DNA of 63,794 bases, filler included, from an uncultured bacterium (GCA_964471275.1; 4 parts of 4 records of this genome joined end to end with filler, not necessarily neighbours in it); one strand, 5' to 3'; positions 37,170-46,761 are shown, counted from the whole stretch's first letter. A program made the numbers and translations. Notes: generated by a model from the letters alone, not told the origin.

Positions 37170-37287
37170 GCATCGAAGCGTATCGTTGACCCGCTCTGAC
37201 CTGGGGGTGCCGCCAGGCTGCTTTCGGACGCCCCTTACGGGGCTCCCCCAGTTCTCCCTCTGCGTTGCAGGATCTGCCGACCTCAGG
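37170..37287 (-). ncRNA. Candidate structured ncRNA (6S-RNA-like rod with asymmetric bubble, or a cis-regulatory leader of rpe)
   Basis: Nested stems GUCG/CGAU, GAUCC(U)GC/GCGGGUC, CUGGGGG/CCCCCAG, GCC/GGC and GCCCC-GUAA-GGGGC; motifs GGGAGCC...GGCACCC...GAGCGGGUCAA. Confidence 0.4.
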
Positions 37288-38031
37288 CTAGAGCTTGCTG
37301 ATGATCAGCGAAACACGTGCTCCCTGGCGAATCTCTGCGCCTGCCTCGGGCTCGTGCCGGATTACGAGGTTTGGCGTGAAGGCGGTCGTGAACTCGTGCC
37401 GCACCTTTCCTACCCGAAGACTGGCCTCCTCAATGCGTTTCCGGGCCGTTGCAATGGGCACTGCGACAAGATCCATCATCTCGAGAATTTCACCGGGCAG
37501 TCCGTCGCTCACATACAACGAGACTTCCGAGCCTGCACCGACCTGGGATCCTGCGGGAGGCACCTGGCGTGCCACCGATCCCTCCTCCACATCCGCCGAG
37601 GGCTCTTCGATGACTTCCGAGACGACCAGCCCGGTTTGCTGTATAAAGAGGTGGGCTTGCCGAAGTTTCTTCCCCACCACGTTTGGAACCGTGAAACTCC
37701 GTGTGCCCTTGCTGGGCACCACATAAACCGTGCGACCGGCCTTGACCTTCGAACCGGCCACCGGATTCTGAACGACCACGCTTCCCTGAACGATCCGTGT
37801 GTCCCACCTCGGATTCTGGAGACGCATCCGCAGGCCCTTCTTCGCGAGTGTCCGCCGGGCTCGGGCAGGTGTCTGATCGACAACACTCGGGACCTCGGTC
37901 TGTTCGCCCTTCCGGATGTATCGGGGAAGGATAATCGTGTCAGCAACAAGAAGACCAACTGTACCGGTAAAGATGGCACACGCGACAAACAGCAGAACTT
38001 CGCGGCCTATATTTCGAAGACGTTCTCTCAC
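37288..38031 (-). CDS. Membrane-anchored protein with three PASTA domains and no kinase domain
   Basis: N-terminal TM helix, then repeats VPSVVDQ.., VPNVVGK.., MMDLVAV.., each ending in V..Q.P..G...V.L.VS.G. Confidence 0.9.
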   Translation of the reverse strand: MRERLRNIGREVLLFVACAIFTGTVGLLVADTIILPRYIRKGEQTEVPSVVDQTPARARRTLAKKGLRMRLQNPRWDTRIVQGSVVVQNPVAGSKVKAGRTVYVVPSKGTRSFTVPNVVGKKLRQAHLFIQQTGLVVSEVIEEPSADVEEGSVARQVPPAGSQVGAGSEVSLYVSDGLPGEILEMMDLVAVPIATARKRIEEASLRVGKVRHEFTTAFTPNLVIRHEPEAGAEIRQGARVSLIISKL

Positions 38032-38069
38032 AGACCCTTACCTGAAAAGGTGTTGACGGATGCGGTTCG

Positions 38070-38098
38070 AAAATAGACGAACCCCCATGTGCTGTCAA
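38070..38098 (-). promoter_or_regulatory. Putative sigma70 promoter of the PASTA-rpe unit
   Basis: TTGACA-17nt-TATTTT on the minus strand. Confidence 0.6.
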
Positions 38099-38149
38099 GG
38101 CGATCACCGAGAAAACGCATCCGGTGCCCGGTGACTCAAGCCTAGGACC

Positions 38150-38347
38150 GAGTGAACCAAAATGCCATAGTCGATTGCTGCGCCGGTCTTCCGTACCTCC
38201 GACAATGAGAGGAACACAATCTCGTTCTCTCGCGAGACCTCCAAGGTAGGCGTGGAGTCTGTCGGCCATGTCGACACGGATGAGTGGCTGGCGATTCTTG
38301 GTGCTGAACACGACGTGGCAATTCAGACTGAGATATGTCTGAGACAC
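38150..38347 (-). mobile_element. Truncated IS200-family/RAYT (Y1) transposase remnant
   Basis: MSQTYLSLNCHVVFSTKNRQPLI...LHAYLGGLAR...GGTED; homology ends just before the HuH motif; a REP-like CGCCCCTTCAGGGCT lies directly upstream. Confidence 0.8.
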
Positions 38348-38361
38348 GTGTAGTTCTCGAT

Positions 38362-38408
38362 CGCCCCTTCAGGGCTCCTGGAAGCGTTCTGTGTTTTGAC
38401 CAGGGGCT
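38362..38408. repeat. REP-like element family A (partial copy next to the transposase remnant)
   Basis: CGCCCCTTCAGGGCT...ACCAGGGGCT. Confidence 0.65.
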
Positions 38409-38594
38409 AACTTCCATTGTTCCTCCCCCAAAAAGAGTACCTGGGGGGAAGAAGGAGGGGGTCGAGAATGAACGCACCTTGCACTGGGGGCTGCGGCGTG
38501 CGTCATTACCGGCAGGAAGACAACACTCCACCGACAGTGTCATCATTCCGACGACACTGCAGCCGCAAACTGACGTCAAACCGAAGGCAGTTCA

Positions 38595-39527
38595 CTGAAC
38601 ACCGGATACACATACACCGACATCGTCGCCATCGATGCGGAGGGGGAATCGATTCTGGGTTTCTACACGAAGCGCTACACGCATTCGAGTGAAGCGGCGT
38701 GGAGAGAGCGGATCGAAGACGGGAGGGTGTTGCTCAATGGTGGCCGTGTGGATGTGGAGACAGAACTGGAGAGAGGGCAGCGGCTGACCTACGATCGGGA
38801 GGCGTGGGAGGAACCGGATGCGCCGCGTAAGTTCGACGTGTTGTATGAGGATGAGCAGATCATCGCCGTAGACAAGCCGAGTGGCCTGCCGGTCCTGCCG
38901 GGCGGACATCATCTCGAGAACACGCTACTGTCTGCGGTAAGGGAACGGTTTGGTGGCAGCGTGCCGCCATCGCCGCTTCATCGATTGGGTAGAGGGACTT
39001 CGGGAATCGTGCTGTTCGCGCGAGATCCGCGGGCACTTCAGCTCTTGAGCGAGGCTTTTCAGACCCGTTCACTCACAAAGATTTACAGAGCACGTGTATG
39101 TGGGATAGGACTGCAGACAGAGTTTCGCGTGGATCAGCCGATCGGAAGGGTGGACTATCCGCCGACGGGTCAGTTGTTCGCCGCAACAGATGACGGTAAA
39201 TCTTCATCGAGCGAGTGCACGGTGGTGTGGGAGGATGCTGAAGAAGAAGAGACGATTCTGGACGTGAAGATCATAACCGGTCGACCTCACCAGATCCGAA
39301 TCCACGTGGCCGCAGCCGGGCATCCGCTCGTCGGTGATCCGCTCTACACCGTGGGTGGAAACCCAAAGCCACTGGTCGACGGCGAACGTCCGCCTCTCCC
39401 GGGTGACGTCGGATATTTCCTGCACGCGCGCTTGCTGAAGCTCGTGCACCCCGACTCGGGTGATCCCGTGAAGATCGAGGCACTGCCACCCGAGAAACTG
39501 AGAATACCCGGCGAGCGGGAGGGCTGA
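38595..39527 (+). CDS. RluA/RluD-family RNA pseudouridine synthase
   Basis: VDKPSGLPVLPGG, LHRLGRGTSG, TGRPHQIRIH, GHPLVGDPLY; coding-like N-terminus extends to CTG 38595. Confidence 0.9.
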   Translation: MNTGYTYTDIVAIDAEGESILGFYTKRYTHSSEAAWRERIEDGRVLLNGGRVDVETELERGQRLTYDREAWEEPDAPRKFDVLYEDEQIIAVDKPSGLPVLPGGHHLENTLLSAVRERFGGSVPPSPLHRLGRGTSGIVLFARDPRALQLLSEAFQTRSLTKIYRARVCGIGLQTEFRVDQPIGRVDYPPTGQLFAATDDGKSSSSECTVVWEDAEEEETILDVKIITGRPHQIRIHVAAAGHPLVGDPLYTVGGNPKPLVDGERPPLPGDVGYFLHARLLKLVHPDSGDPVKIEALPPEKLRIPGEREG

Positions 39528-39705
39528 CTCGCCCTGATCTATTCACAGATCCTGGAAAAGGAACGGGAAGCCCTGGGGTTCTTGCCCAATCCGTTGAGCT
39601 ATGACTGGCCCTTCGATACACCCTCCAGCGCCAGAACCTGCACTGGACGGCACTCAGATACACGGTGGTTAGATCGTGACTTTATCCATGAACAGCGGGA
39701 GTGAT

Positions 39706-40854
39706 TCACTGGCGCCAGATCGGCTCGTCCTTCGGGAGGTGCTTCGCGATCTCATCCTCGTCGATCTCCACACCGAGACCGGGTCCATCCGGAACCACCA
39801 GATACCCATCCTGAATCAGATCCTTCACCGACAGCATCGAACTCCAGAGCGGGATGTTCTTGGAATGGTATTCCAGCGCGAGAAAGTTCGGAATCGTGGA
39901 ACAGATATGTGCCGCCGCAATCGCCGTCAGTGGACTCGACACGTTGTGAGGTGCGATCGACACGTGATGCATCTCAGCCATTTCGGCGATCCGTCGAATC
40001 TCGATCGGACCGCCGCTCCTCGGGATATCCGGCTCCAGCAGATCGCACGCATCCTTCTCGAGCAGTTCGCGGTGCAGCTTCGCTGCCATACAGAATCTCT
40101 CCTGTGCAGATGGGTGTCTCGGTCTGCATCGTCACCTTGACCAACGCGTCGATGTTCCCCCATTCCCACCGGATCGGATCCTCCAGCCACAGCAGATCAA
40201 GATGTTCGACATCTTTGCAGATTCGCAAGGCGTCCGGCAAGTTGAATGACCCGTGCAGATCGATCGACCGATCGACGTACGGACCTGTTCGATACAGGAA
40301 ATGATGTGTGCGTGTTCCTTCCTGCTGATCGACCGGTCATAGACATCGAGCTTCCACGGGTTTGCCACGTCGACATCGAATTTGATCGCCGTAAACCCCT
40401 CGTCAACCACACGTTTGGCCTGCGCCACAAATGCTTCCGGCTCATACACCGGGTCGAGTGATCCGGACGCCCGGACCTCTTCCCATCTTCGCGCGTAGTC
40501 CTCTCTCGTCCAGAACGCGCCTGCGTGTCAATCGCAATACATCCGGATCTGATCACACAGTTTTCCGCCCAGCAGGCTGTGGACGGGCTCGCCCAGTGCC
40601 TTGCCCTTCAGATCCCACAGGGCAATCTCGACACCAGCCCTCCTCCCTTACATCGCCCACAGCGTATCGTGATGGATCCGGTTGACGTTCTGCGGATCCA
40701 TCACGATACGCTGTGCCTTCAGACCGTCCTTCGAAGCACCCCCTATCCACTCCCCGTATCCCGTCAAACCATCGTCTGTCTCGATCCGAAGCAACGACCA
40801 GTTCCGGTTCTTCGCTCCGAGGGAAAGTGTGGATTTAATATCCGTGATCTGCAT
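39706..40854 (-). pseudogene. Mandelate racemase/galactonate dehydratase-like enolase pseudogene
   Basis: [34 protein letters not shown]. In-frame TAA at 40648-40650 and TGA at 40528-40530, plus frameshifts near 40265 and 40085. Confidence 0.9.
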
Positions 40855-40865
40855 AGATGACCTCG

Positions 40866-41291
40866 CTAGAACCCGCGGCGAAGGCGAAACACAACTGCTC
40901 GATTCCTGGGATCATACGCCAGCTGTCCCCAGTCGAAATTATCCAGATGGGCGTCAACAAAGGCATCGACAACGCTGTAGAACACGACACCGATCGTTGA
41001 CAACAGGAAGAAGTTCCGCTTGGGTGGCTGGCCAACCGGCTGGACTTCGTTGTTGATCTGATCTCGTCGAACAAAAAACGCCACGACAGAGCTGATTTCT
41101 GCCACGGCGACAAACGTGCCCTTGAAGCGTTTTCCGTTGTAAAACTGACCCCAGCCCGGAACAAGAAGCGACCGCATCATCGCCTTCGTCGGCGACCTGG
41201 TTTCCTTCTCCAGGGCTTGGACATGGGTCGAGTCAGCGCTGTCGCCACGAACGGGCGCTCCGACTGACAGGACCAACACGAGAATCAGCAA
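40866..41291 (-). CDS. DUF5683-like membrane/secreted protein
   Basis: SPTKAMMRSLLVPGWGQFYN...YSVVDAFVDAHL. Confidence 0.75.
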   Translation of the reverse strand: MLILVLVLSVGAPVRGDSADSTHVQALEKETRSPTKAMMRSLLVPGWGQFYNGKRFKGTFVAVAEISSVVAFFVRRDQINNEVQPVGQPPKRNFFLLSTIGVVFYSVVDAFVDAHLDNFDWGQLAYDPRNRAVVFRLRRGF

Positions 41292-41324
41292 AATCAGCTT
41301 CAGATCGACCTCATCGATGATTGG

Positions 41325-42269
41325 TCAGGATCGAGCAAGTCGGGCCGCACCCAGGATGCCCGCGTCATCTCCCAGGCTTGCTGGCACGATCCGCACGTGC
41401 TCCTTCACACCGACGGTACCACGATCCATAAAAACACGGGTCGCCGGTTCGAAAATCAGATCCCCTCCAGCAGCCATCCCGCCCGCCAGTGCGATCATCT
41501 CCACATTCGTCACGTTCACCAACGTCACCAGACCGATGCCCAGGAAGGTCCCGGTCGATTCGAACATCTCGCGGGCGAACGCGTCACCTTCCTTCGCGGC
41601 ATCATAGATCGTCTTCGTCGTCAGATCCTGCGTGTCGAGCATCGTATCGGGTTGTTCCTTCTCGATCCGCTCCTTCGTCCAGAACACCATCGCCGTCGCC
41701 GATGCATACTTCTCGAGACAACCGTAGTTTCCGCAGGGACATCGCGGTCCCTTGTGATCGACTGTCACGTGGCCGACTTCCGCCGCGTTCCCGTTGAACC
41801 CGTGCATCAGCTTACCGCCACTCACCCAGCCGCCGCCCACACCGGTCCCGAGCGTTACACACAAGAAATGATCGACTCCCTGGCCTGCTCCCAGCCACTG
41901 CTCTCCGAAAGCCGCCATGTTGGCATCATTGTCGACCCGAACAGACACACCTAGCTCGGTCTCGAGTTGATCCTTCAACCGACAGCCGTGCATACACTGC
42001 AGGTTCTCCGGCGAGATGACCACCCCCTCGTAGGGATCGAGAGGTCCGGGGGAGCCAACACCGACGCCTGCGATATCTGTCAGGTTCGCGCGGCCATCCG
42101 CTACTGCTTCACAGACACATTGCGCAATCCCCTCCACGACGGCATCCGCCCCTTCGAGCACGGGTGTAGTCCGACGCCCTCGTCCGAGGATCTCGCCTTC
42201 TGCATTCACGAGGCCCGCACGGGTGTTCGTCCCGCCGAGATCTACACCTATAGTGAGAGAGTCTGGCAA
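41325..42269 (-). CDS. ROK family sugar kinase (glucokinase-like)
   Basis: GVDLGGT, NDANMAAFGE, TLGTGVGGG, EVGH, CPCGNYGCLE. Confidence 0.95.
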   Translation of the reverse strand: MPDSLTIGVDLGGTNTRAGLVNAEGEILGRGRRTTPVLEGADAVVEGIAQCVCEAVADGRANLTDIAGVGVGSPGPLDPYEGVVISPENLQCMHGCRLKDQLETELGVSVRVDNDANMAAFGEQWLGAGQGVDHFLCVTLGTGVGGGWVSGGKLMHGFNGNAAEVGHVTVDHKGPRCPCGNYGCLEKYASATAMVFWTKERIEKEQPDTMLDTQDLTTKTIYDAAKEGDAFAREMFESTGTFLGIGLVTLVNVTNVEMIALAGGMAAGGDLIFEPATRVFMDRGTVGVKEHVRIVPASLGDDAGILGAARLARS

Positions 42270-42357
42270 CAGTAACCTCTATTCACGAGCAGGAGAACAG
42301 GGAAAAAATCAATTCTTCGCCTGCTCGCCCCTGCGCCTGTTCACCTGCTCAGCCTCT

Positions 42358-42996
42358 CTAGTTCCTGGCTGAGGCCACCGCGTCGACGAAGGTCTTCGCT
42401 GTCTTGGTCAGTTCGGCCCAGTTCTTGTCGGCAACGGCCTGCTTGTTCACCATCGCACTACCGGCTCCGACCGCGCAGGCGCCGTTCTTGATGAACTCGG
42501 GAGTCGTGATGATATCTACGCCGCCAGTCGGCATCAACTCGACCTGTGGGAGCGGGCCTTTGATATCTTTGAAGTATGACGGGCCGCCCGTGGAAGCCGG
42601 GAACACCTTCACCACGTCGGCACCCGCCTGCCACGCGGTCAGAATCTCTGTCGGTGTAAAACCGGCGGGCATCACGGCCTTGCTGTATCGCTTCGCCATC
42701 TCGATTACGTCGGTATTCAGCACCGGACAGACGATATACTCGGCGCCTGCCAGAATCGCTGCTCTCGCCGTCTCCGGATCCAGAACAGATCCCACACCGA
42801 TGATCGTGTCGGTCATCTTCGCCGAAGCCTCCTCGATCACCTTCAGCGCACCGGGCACTGTCATGGTGATCTCGATCGCCACGACACCGCCTTCACGCAG
42901 TGCCTTCGAAACATCCATCAACTCGTTCGGTGAGTCCGCACGGATCACCGCCACCACACCACAATTCTTGATCTGATCAACAACCCNNNNNNNNNN
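42358..42996 (-). CDS. eda: KDPG/KHG aldolase; start codon lies inside a 10-N gap
   Basis: VVAVIR, IEITM, FTPTEI, VKVFPA, MPTGGV. Confidence 0.93.
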   Translation of the reverse strand, partial: XXXXVVDQIKNCGVVAVIRADSPNELMDVSKALREGGVVAIEITMTVPGALKVIEEASAKMTDTIIGVGSVLDPETARAAILAGAEYIVCPVLNTDVIEMAKRYSKAVMPAGFTPTEILTAWQAGADVVKVFPASTGGPSYFKDIKGPLPQVELMPTGGVDIITTPEFIKNGACAVGAGSAMVNKQAVADKNWAELTKTAKTFVDAVASARN

Positions 42997-43198
42997 ACCT
43001 ATCCTCCCCAAAAGAACGCCCGGAGCGACAATCCCGAGCGTTCGCTAACCTTCAGACTCAGGTTCTTCTTAACCTCTGCAACCTATCGCTATTCGTGTTT
43101 CGTTCTTCGCTCCGAAAGATTCCGACCCGCTTCACCCGTCTCAAATTGCGGCACGGAGGGACGACGACGACCTGAAACCGGGGTGATTTCCCTTACAG

Positions 43199-43247
43199 AC
43201 CAGGGGCTGTCGCCCCTGGCTAACGACGGAACGCCCCTTCCGGGGCT
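43199..43247. repeat. REP-like element family A (two-hairpin unit)
   Basis: ACCAGGGGCTGTCGCCCCTGGCT-N10-CGCCCCTTCCGGGGCT. Confidence 0.75.
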
Positions 43248-43277
43248 GATCTCAGATCCTTTGGCAGTTCCTTTGAT

Positions 43278-44321
43278 CTAGCGCTTGATTCTCGCCGCCT
43301 CGCCCTTCATCGCGGATTCGGCTTCCGGGCGCGTCGCCCAGTTCACGTCGCCCGGGAACGTGTGCGCGAGGGCCGAGTATGCGCCTGCGAAATTGATCGC
43401 ATCCTGAGGGGCTTTGCCCTCGAGCAAACTCGTGATGAGACCTGCCGAGAAGTTGTCGCCGCCACCAACACGGTCGACCAGTTCGAGATTCTCGTAGATA
43501 CGAGACAGGTAGAACTCGTTCCCGTCATAGAGCAGGGTCCGCCAGTCGTTCAGCAGACCTGTCTTCGCCACGCGCAACGTCGTGCCGACATACTCCACAT
43601 TCGGGTAGGCCTTCACGGCTGCAGTTGCAACCGACTTGTAGCTTTCCGGATCGAGCTTGTCGAAATCATCGCTCGTGCCCTCAGCCTTCAAACCCATCGT
43701 CTTCTCGAAGTCTTCCTCATTCCCAATCAGCACCTTGACGTGCGGAACACACTTGGCGATCGTCGCCTGCGCTTCATCGGAGGTCCAGAGCTTTGACCGA
43801 AAATTGAGATCGAAGCTGGTTCGCACACCCGCGGCATCGGCTGCCTTGAGTGCTTCCACCGTCGTCTCTGCGGCACTCTCGGACAGGGCCGGTGTGATAC
43901 CGCTGACGTGAAACCACTTCGTCCCCTCGAACACCGACTTCCAATCGACCATTCCCGGCCCGATCTTCGAGATCGCTGTATGACCACGATCATACGTCAC
44001 CGCGCTGGCACGTGGTCCAACGCCGACCTCCATGTGATAGAAGCCGTTGCGCTCCAGACCGACACCGTCGAACGGAACCCACACGACGTTCGACATATCC
44101 ACACCGTGTTCACGACCCTTGTTCCGGATGACCCAGCCCGTCCAGTTGTCGACCAATCGCGAAACCCATGCCGTCGACAGTCCAAGGTGTGCACATCCAA
44201 CGGCAACATTGTATTCGCCGCCACCGATTTCGACGTCGAGCTTTGTTACATTCTCAAGTCTTCTGTATTCCGGTGAAGACAATCGAATCATCGCCTCACC
44301 GAATGTTACGACATCTGCCAT
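43278..44321 (-). CDS. kdgK: 2-keto-3-deoxygluconate kinase (PfkB family)
   Basis: FGEAMIRL, GGGEYNVA, HVSGITPALS, DLNFRSKLW, DRVGGGD; upstream of eda. Confidence 0.9.
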   Translation of the reverse strand: MADVVTFGEAMIRLSSPEYRRLENVTKLDVEIGGGEYNVAVGCAHLGLSTAWVSRLVDNWTGWVIRNKGREHGVDMSNVVWVPFDGVGLERNGFYHMEVGVGPRASAVTYDRGHTAISKIGPGMVDWKSVFEGTKWFHVSGITPALSESAAETTVEALKAADAAGVRTSFDLNFRSKLWTSDEAQATIAKCVPHVKVLIGNEEDFEKTMGLKAEGTSDDFDKLDPESYKSVATAAVKAYPNVEYVGTTLRVAKTGLLNDWRTLLYDGNEFYLSRIYENLELVDRVGGGDNFSAGLITSLLEGKAPQDAINFAGAYSALAHTFPGDVNWATRPEAESAMKGEAARIKR

Positions 44322-44351
44322 ATCCCTTCCCTCTCGTTGTTCGTCGTGCCC

Positions 44352-44377
44352 GTCATCCTGAACCAGCGAAGGATCTC
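44352..44377 (+). repeat. GTCATCCTGA-N-CGAAGGATCTC REP-like element
   Basis: GTCATCCTGAACCAGCGAAGGATCTC; matches the reverse complement of 33979-34005. Confidence 0.7.
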
Positions 44378-44472
44378 TCTGCGTTCTGCAACTCGGGTGT
44401 TTGTAATGATCGACCTGGTGCCGAAGCGTCCCAGGTTTGCCACCGGCACGTTATGGAACCGCGTGCTCTGAT

Positions 44473-44523
44473 ACCCAGGGCTTTCGCCCTGGGCTATTTA
44501 CGCCACGCCCCGTCCCCGGGGCT
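44473..44523. repeat. REP-like element family A (two-hairpin unit)
   Basis: ACCCAGGGCTTTCGCCCTGGGCT-N10-CGCCCCGTCCCCGGGGCT. Confidence 0.75.
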
Positions 44524-44558
44524 CACACCACCACAACCACCAAACCGAGTTGCTCGAT

Positions 44559-45299
44559 TCAATCGTCTCGACCGCCCAACAGGCCGGAAATGATCAGCAG
44601 CCGGAGCAGTGACAGAACCGCGACCAATGCCGAAGCCACATATGTCCAGGCTGCCGCGTTCAGCACCTTCTTCGCCGCGGGAATCTCTTCGGGCGTCAGG
44701 TAGCCGCCTTCGCTCAGAATCGCGATTGCGCGGCTGCTCGCGTTGAACTCTACGGGAAGCGTCACCAGTCCGAACAGAACGGCGAAAGAGAACAGGAGCA
44801 CGCCGATTTCCGCCAGGAACGGGGTGTTCAGGAACATACCTCCGATAACGAGCGGAAACGCGAGTGTCGATCCGAAGTTCGCAACCGGAACCAGGCTCGC
44901 CCGAATCTGAAGGGGTGCATAGGCCTGAGCGTGCTGGAACGCGTGGCCGGCTTCGTGTGCTGCCACACCGATCGCGGCCAGCGACCGTGAACCATAAACG
45001 GTGTCCGACAGGTTCAGCGACTGATCACGCGGATCGTAATGGTCGGTCATGTTGCCCGACACGTGACCGATCTGAACGTTGAGTGCCTTCTTGTTCGCGG
45101 GATTACGACTCACACTGCCAGACAAGCCGCCTTTCCTCAGAATGTCCTGAGCGATCTGAGCGGCGGACAGCCCGATACGCGCATCATACTTGCTGTACTT
45201 GCTGAACGTGCTCTTGACCTTCAGCTGCGCCCACCCCGCAAGGATAATCCCAGGGATGAGCAGCACCATCGTCGGGTCGAAAAAAAAGATTGGAAACAT
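44559..45299 (-). CDS. YugP-like membrane zinc metallopeptidase (Zn_peptidase_2)
   Basis: DHYDP, VAAHEAGHA, TLPVEFNASSRA, AAAWTYV. Confidence 0.95.
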   Translation of the reverse strand: MFPIFFFDPTMVLLIPGIILAGWAQLKVKSTFSKYSKYDARIGLSAAQIAQDILRKGGLSGSVSRNPANKKALNVQIGHVSGNMTDHYDPRDQSLNLSDTVYGSRSLAAIGVAAHEAGHAFQHAQAYAPLQIRASLVPVANFGSTLAFPLVIGGMFLNTPFLAEIGVLLFSFAVLFGLVTLPVEFNASSRAIAILSEGGYLTPEEIPAAKKVLNAAAWTYVASALVAVLSLLRLLIISGLLGGRDD

Positions 45300-45488
45300 C
45301 GTCGTGACCTCCTTCTCAGCTTGAAATATGCCACGTGCCGACCGTCTCGGTCACACGGCTCGGCCGCACCTTGATCCCCGCTGTTCCAGCCTAGAGGCAA
45401 AGGCTTCAACGCAGAGGACGCAGAGGAATTCAGGGGTAGAGTAACCCGGACAATTCAGCCTTATCAGCGGCCTTGCTCAGAGGGTCCG

Positions 45489-46412
45489 TTAACCAAACAT
45501 CTCCCCGGTGTCCACATTGTTGCCCAGCAGGAATGCGTCGCTCCCCATCGTCTTCTTGCCCTGCGGCTGAATGGATTCGAGTCTGACAGCGCCTTCGCCT
45601 GCAGCAACCACGAAACCCTCGCGCGGATCGGCCAGAAGGACCTCGCCCGCGCTCCCCGTACCCTCTGTTGGACTCACGCAATGGACTTTGAGGATTCCGT
45701 TTTTCCACTCCGTAAACGCTCCCGGAAAAGGATTGGTTCCCCGCACCAGATCGCGGACCCCGGTGGCGCTACGCGTCCAGTCGATCCGACCGTCCTCTTT
45801 CGTCAATTTCGGCGCCGGGGACGCGAGTGCATCGTCCTGCTTCGTTGGTGTGAGCGTATCAGCGGCAAAGCCATCGACCGTCTCACAGACCACGTCGGCC
45901 CCCTCGTATTTCAGGCGTTCGTAGAGCTCTCCTGCCGTCTCACTTGCTCCGATGTCGACGGGCCTCTGAATCAGAATATCACCCGCGTCCACCTTGGTCT
46001 TCAACAGGAAGGTCGTTATGCCTGTCTTCGACTCGCCATGGATCACCGCCCACTGAATCGGCGCGGCTCCCCGGTACTTGGGCAACAGAGACGGGTGAAG
46101 GTTTATCGACCCGTGACCTGGTATGGAGAGCAGCGACTTTGGAAGAATCAGAAAAGCGACGACGACAAACAGATCAGGCTCAAGATCCTGCAAAGCTGAC
46201 TGGAAGCTGGCGTCTCTCAGCGACTCCGGCTGCAGCACAGGAAGACCCAGACCTTCGGCAGCAACTTTCACCGCCGGCGGGGCAAGCTTTCGTCCTCTGC
46301 CTTTCTGCGCATCGGGTCGTGTGACGACGGATACGATCTCGTGCGCTGAATCGAAAAGACGCTGGAGCGTCGGGACAGCGAAGTCCGGTGTCCCCATGAA
46401 AACGACACGCAT
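45489..46412 (-). CDS. fmt: Methionyl-tRNA formyltransferase
   Basis: VFMGTPDFA, INLHPSLLPKYRGAAPIQ, DAGDI. Confidence 0.98.
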   Translation of the reverse strand: MRVVFMGTPDFAVPTLQRLFDSAHEIVSVVTRPDAQKGRGRKLAPPAVKVAAEGLGLPVLQPESLRDASFQSALQDLEPDLFVVVAFLILPKSLLSIPGHGSINLHPSLLPKYRGAAPIQWAVIHGESKTGITTFLLKTKVDAGDILIQRPVDIGASETAGELYERLKYEGADVVCETVDGFAADTLTPTKQDDALASPAPKLTKEDGRIDWTRSATGVRDLVRGTNPFPGAFTEWKNGILKVHCVSPTEGTGSAGEVLLADPREGFVVAAGEGAVRLESIQPQGKKTMGSDAFLLGNNVDTGEMFG

Positions 46413-46419
46413 CTCGAAC

Positions 46420-46761
46420 CTAGTTGTCTTTCTTCTCGACGACCTTGGACACAGAGCCGCGCGAAACTTCGATCTTCACGTCCTTCGCAATCTGAACGAC
46501 GATGATGCCTTCCTTCTCCTTCAACCCCACAATTGTCCCGTGCATGCCGCCATTCGTGATGATCCGGTCGCCCTTCTTGAGCGCCTCGATCATCGACTGC
46601 GTCTCCTTCTGCTTCTTGTACTGAGGCCGGATCAGGAGGAAATACATAATCACGAACATCAGGATAAACGGCAGCATATTCATCAACGGATTGCCCGCCT
46701 CCCCACCAGACTGGGCGGATGCCCCGAGGGCGTGTGCGTCACTAACGAAAAGAAACAGCAA
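46420..46761 (-). CDS. yajC: Preprotein translocase subunit YajC
   Basis: MYFLLIRPQYKKQK...LKKGDRIITNGGMHGTI; TTG start after AAAGGGG. Confidence 0.95.
   Translation of the reverse strand: MLFLFVSDAHALGASAQSGGEAGNPLMNMLPFILMFVIMYFLLIRPQYKKQKETQSMIEALKKGDRIITNGGMHGTIVGLKEKEGIIVVQIAKDVKIEVSRGSVSKVVEKKDN

Noticed and set aside
37170..37287. SRP RNA (ffs) or TPP riboswitch near ffh
   Set aside because: The fragments CCUGCAACGC, AAGCAGCC and CCAGGUCAG are present but not in the CAGG-stem-GNRA-stem-AGCA order; the TPP motifs CUGAGA and ACCUGA are absent
40528..40530. TGA at a probable Cys position, suggesting selenocysteine
   Set aside because: The gene also has a TAA and two frameshifts, and no SECIS-like hairpin was recognised; it is a pseudogene
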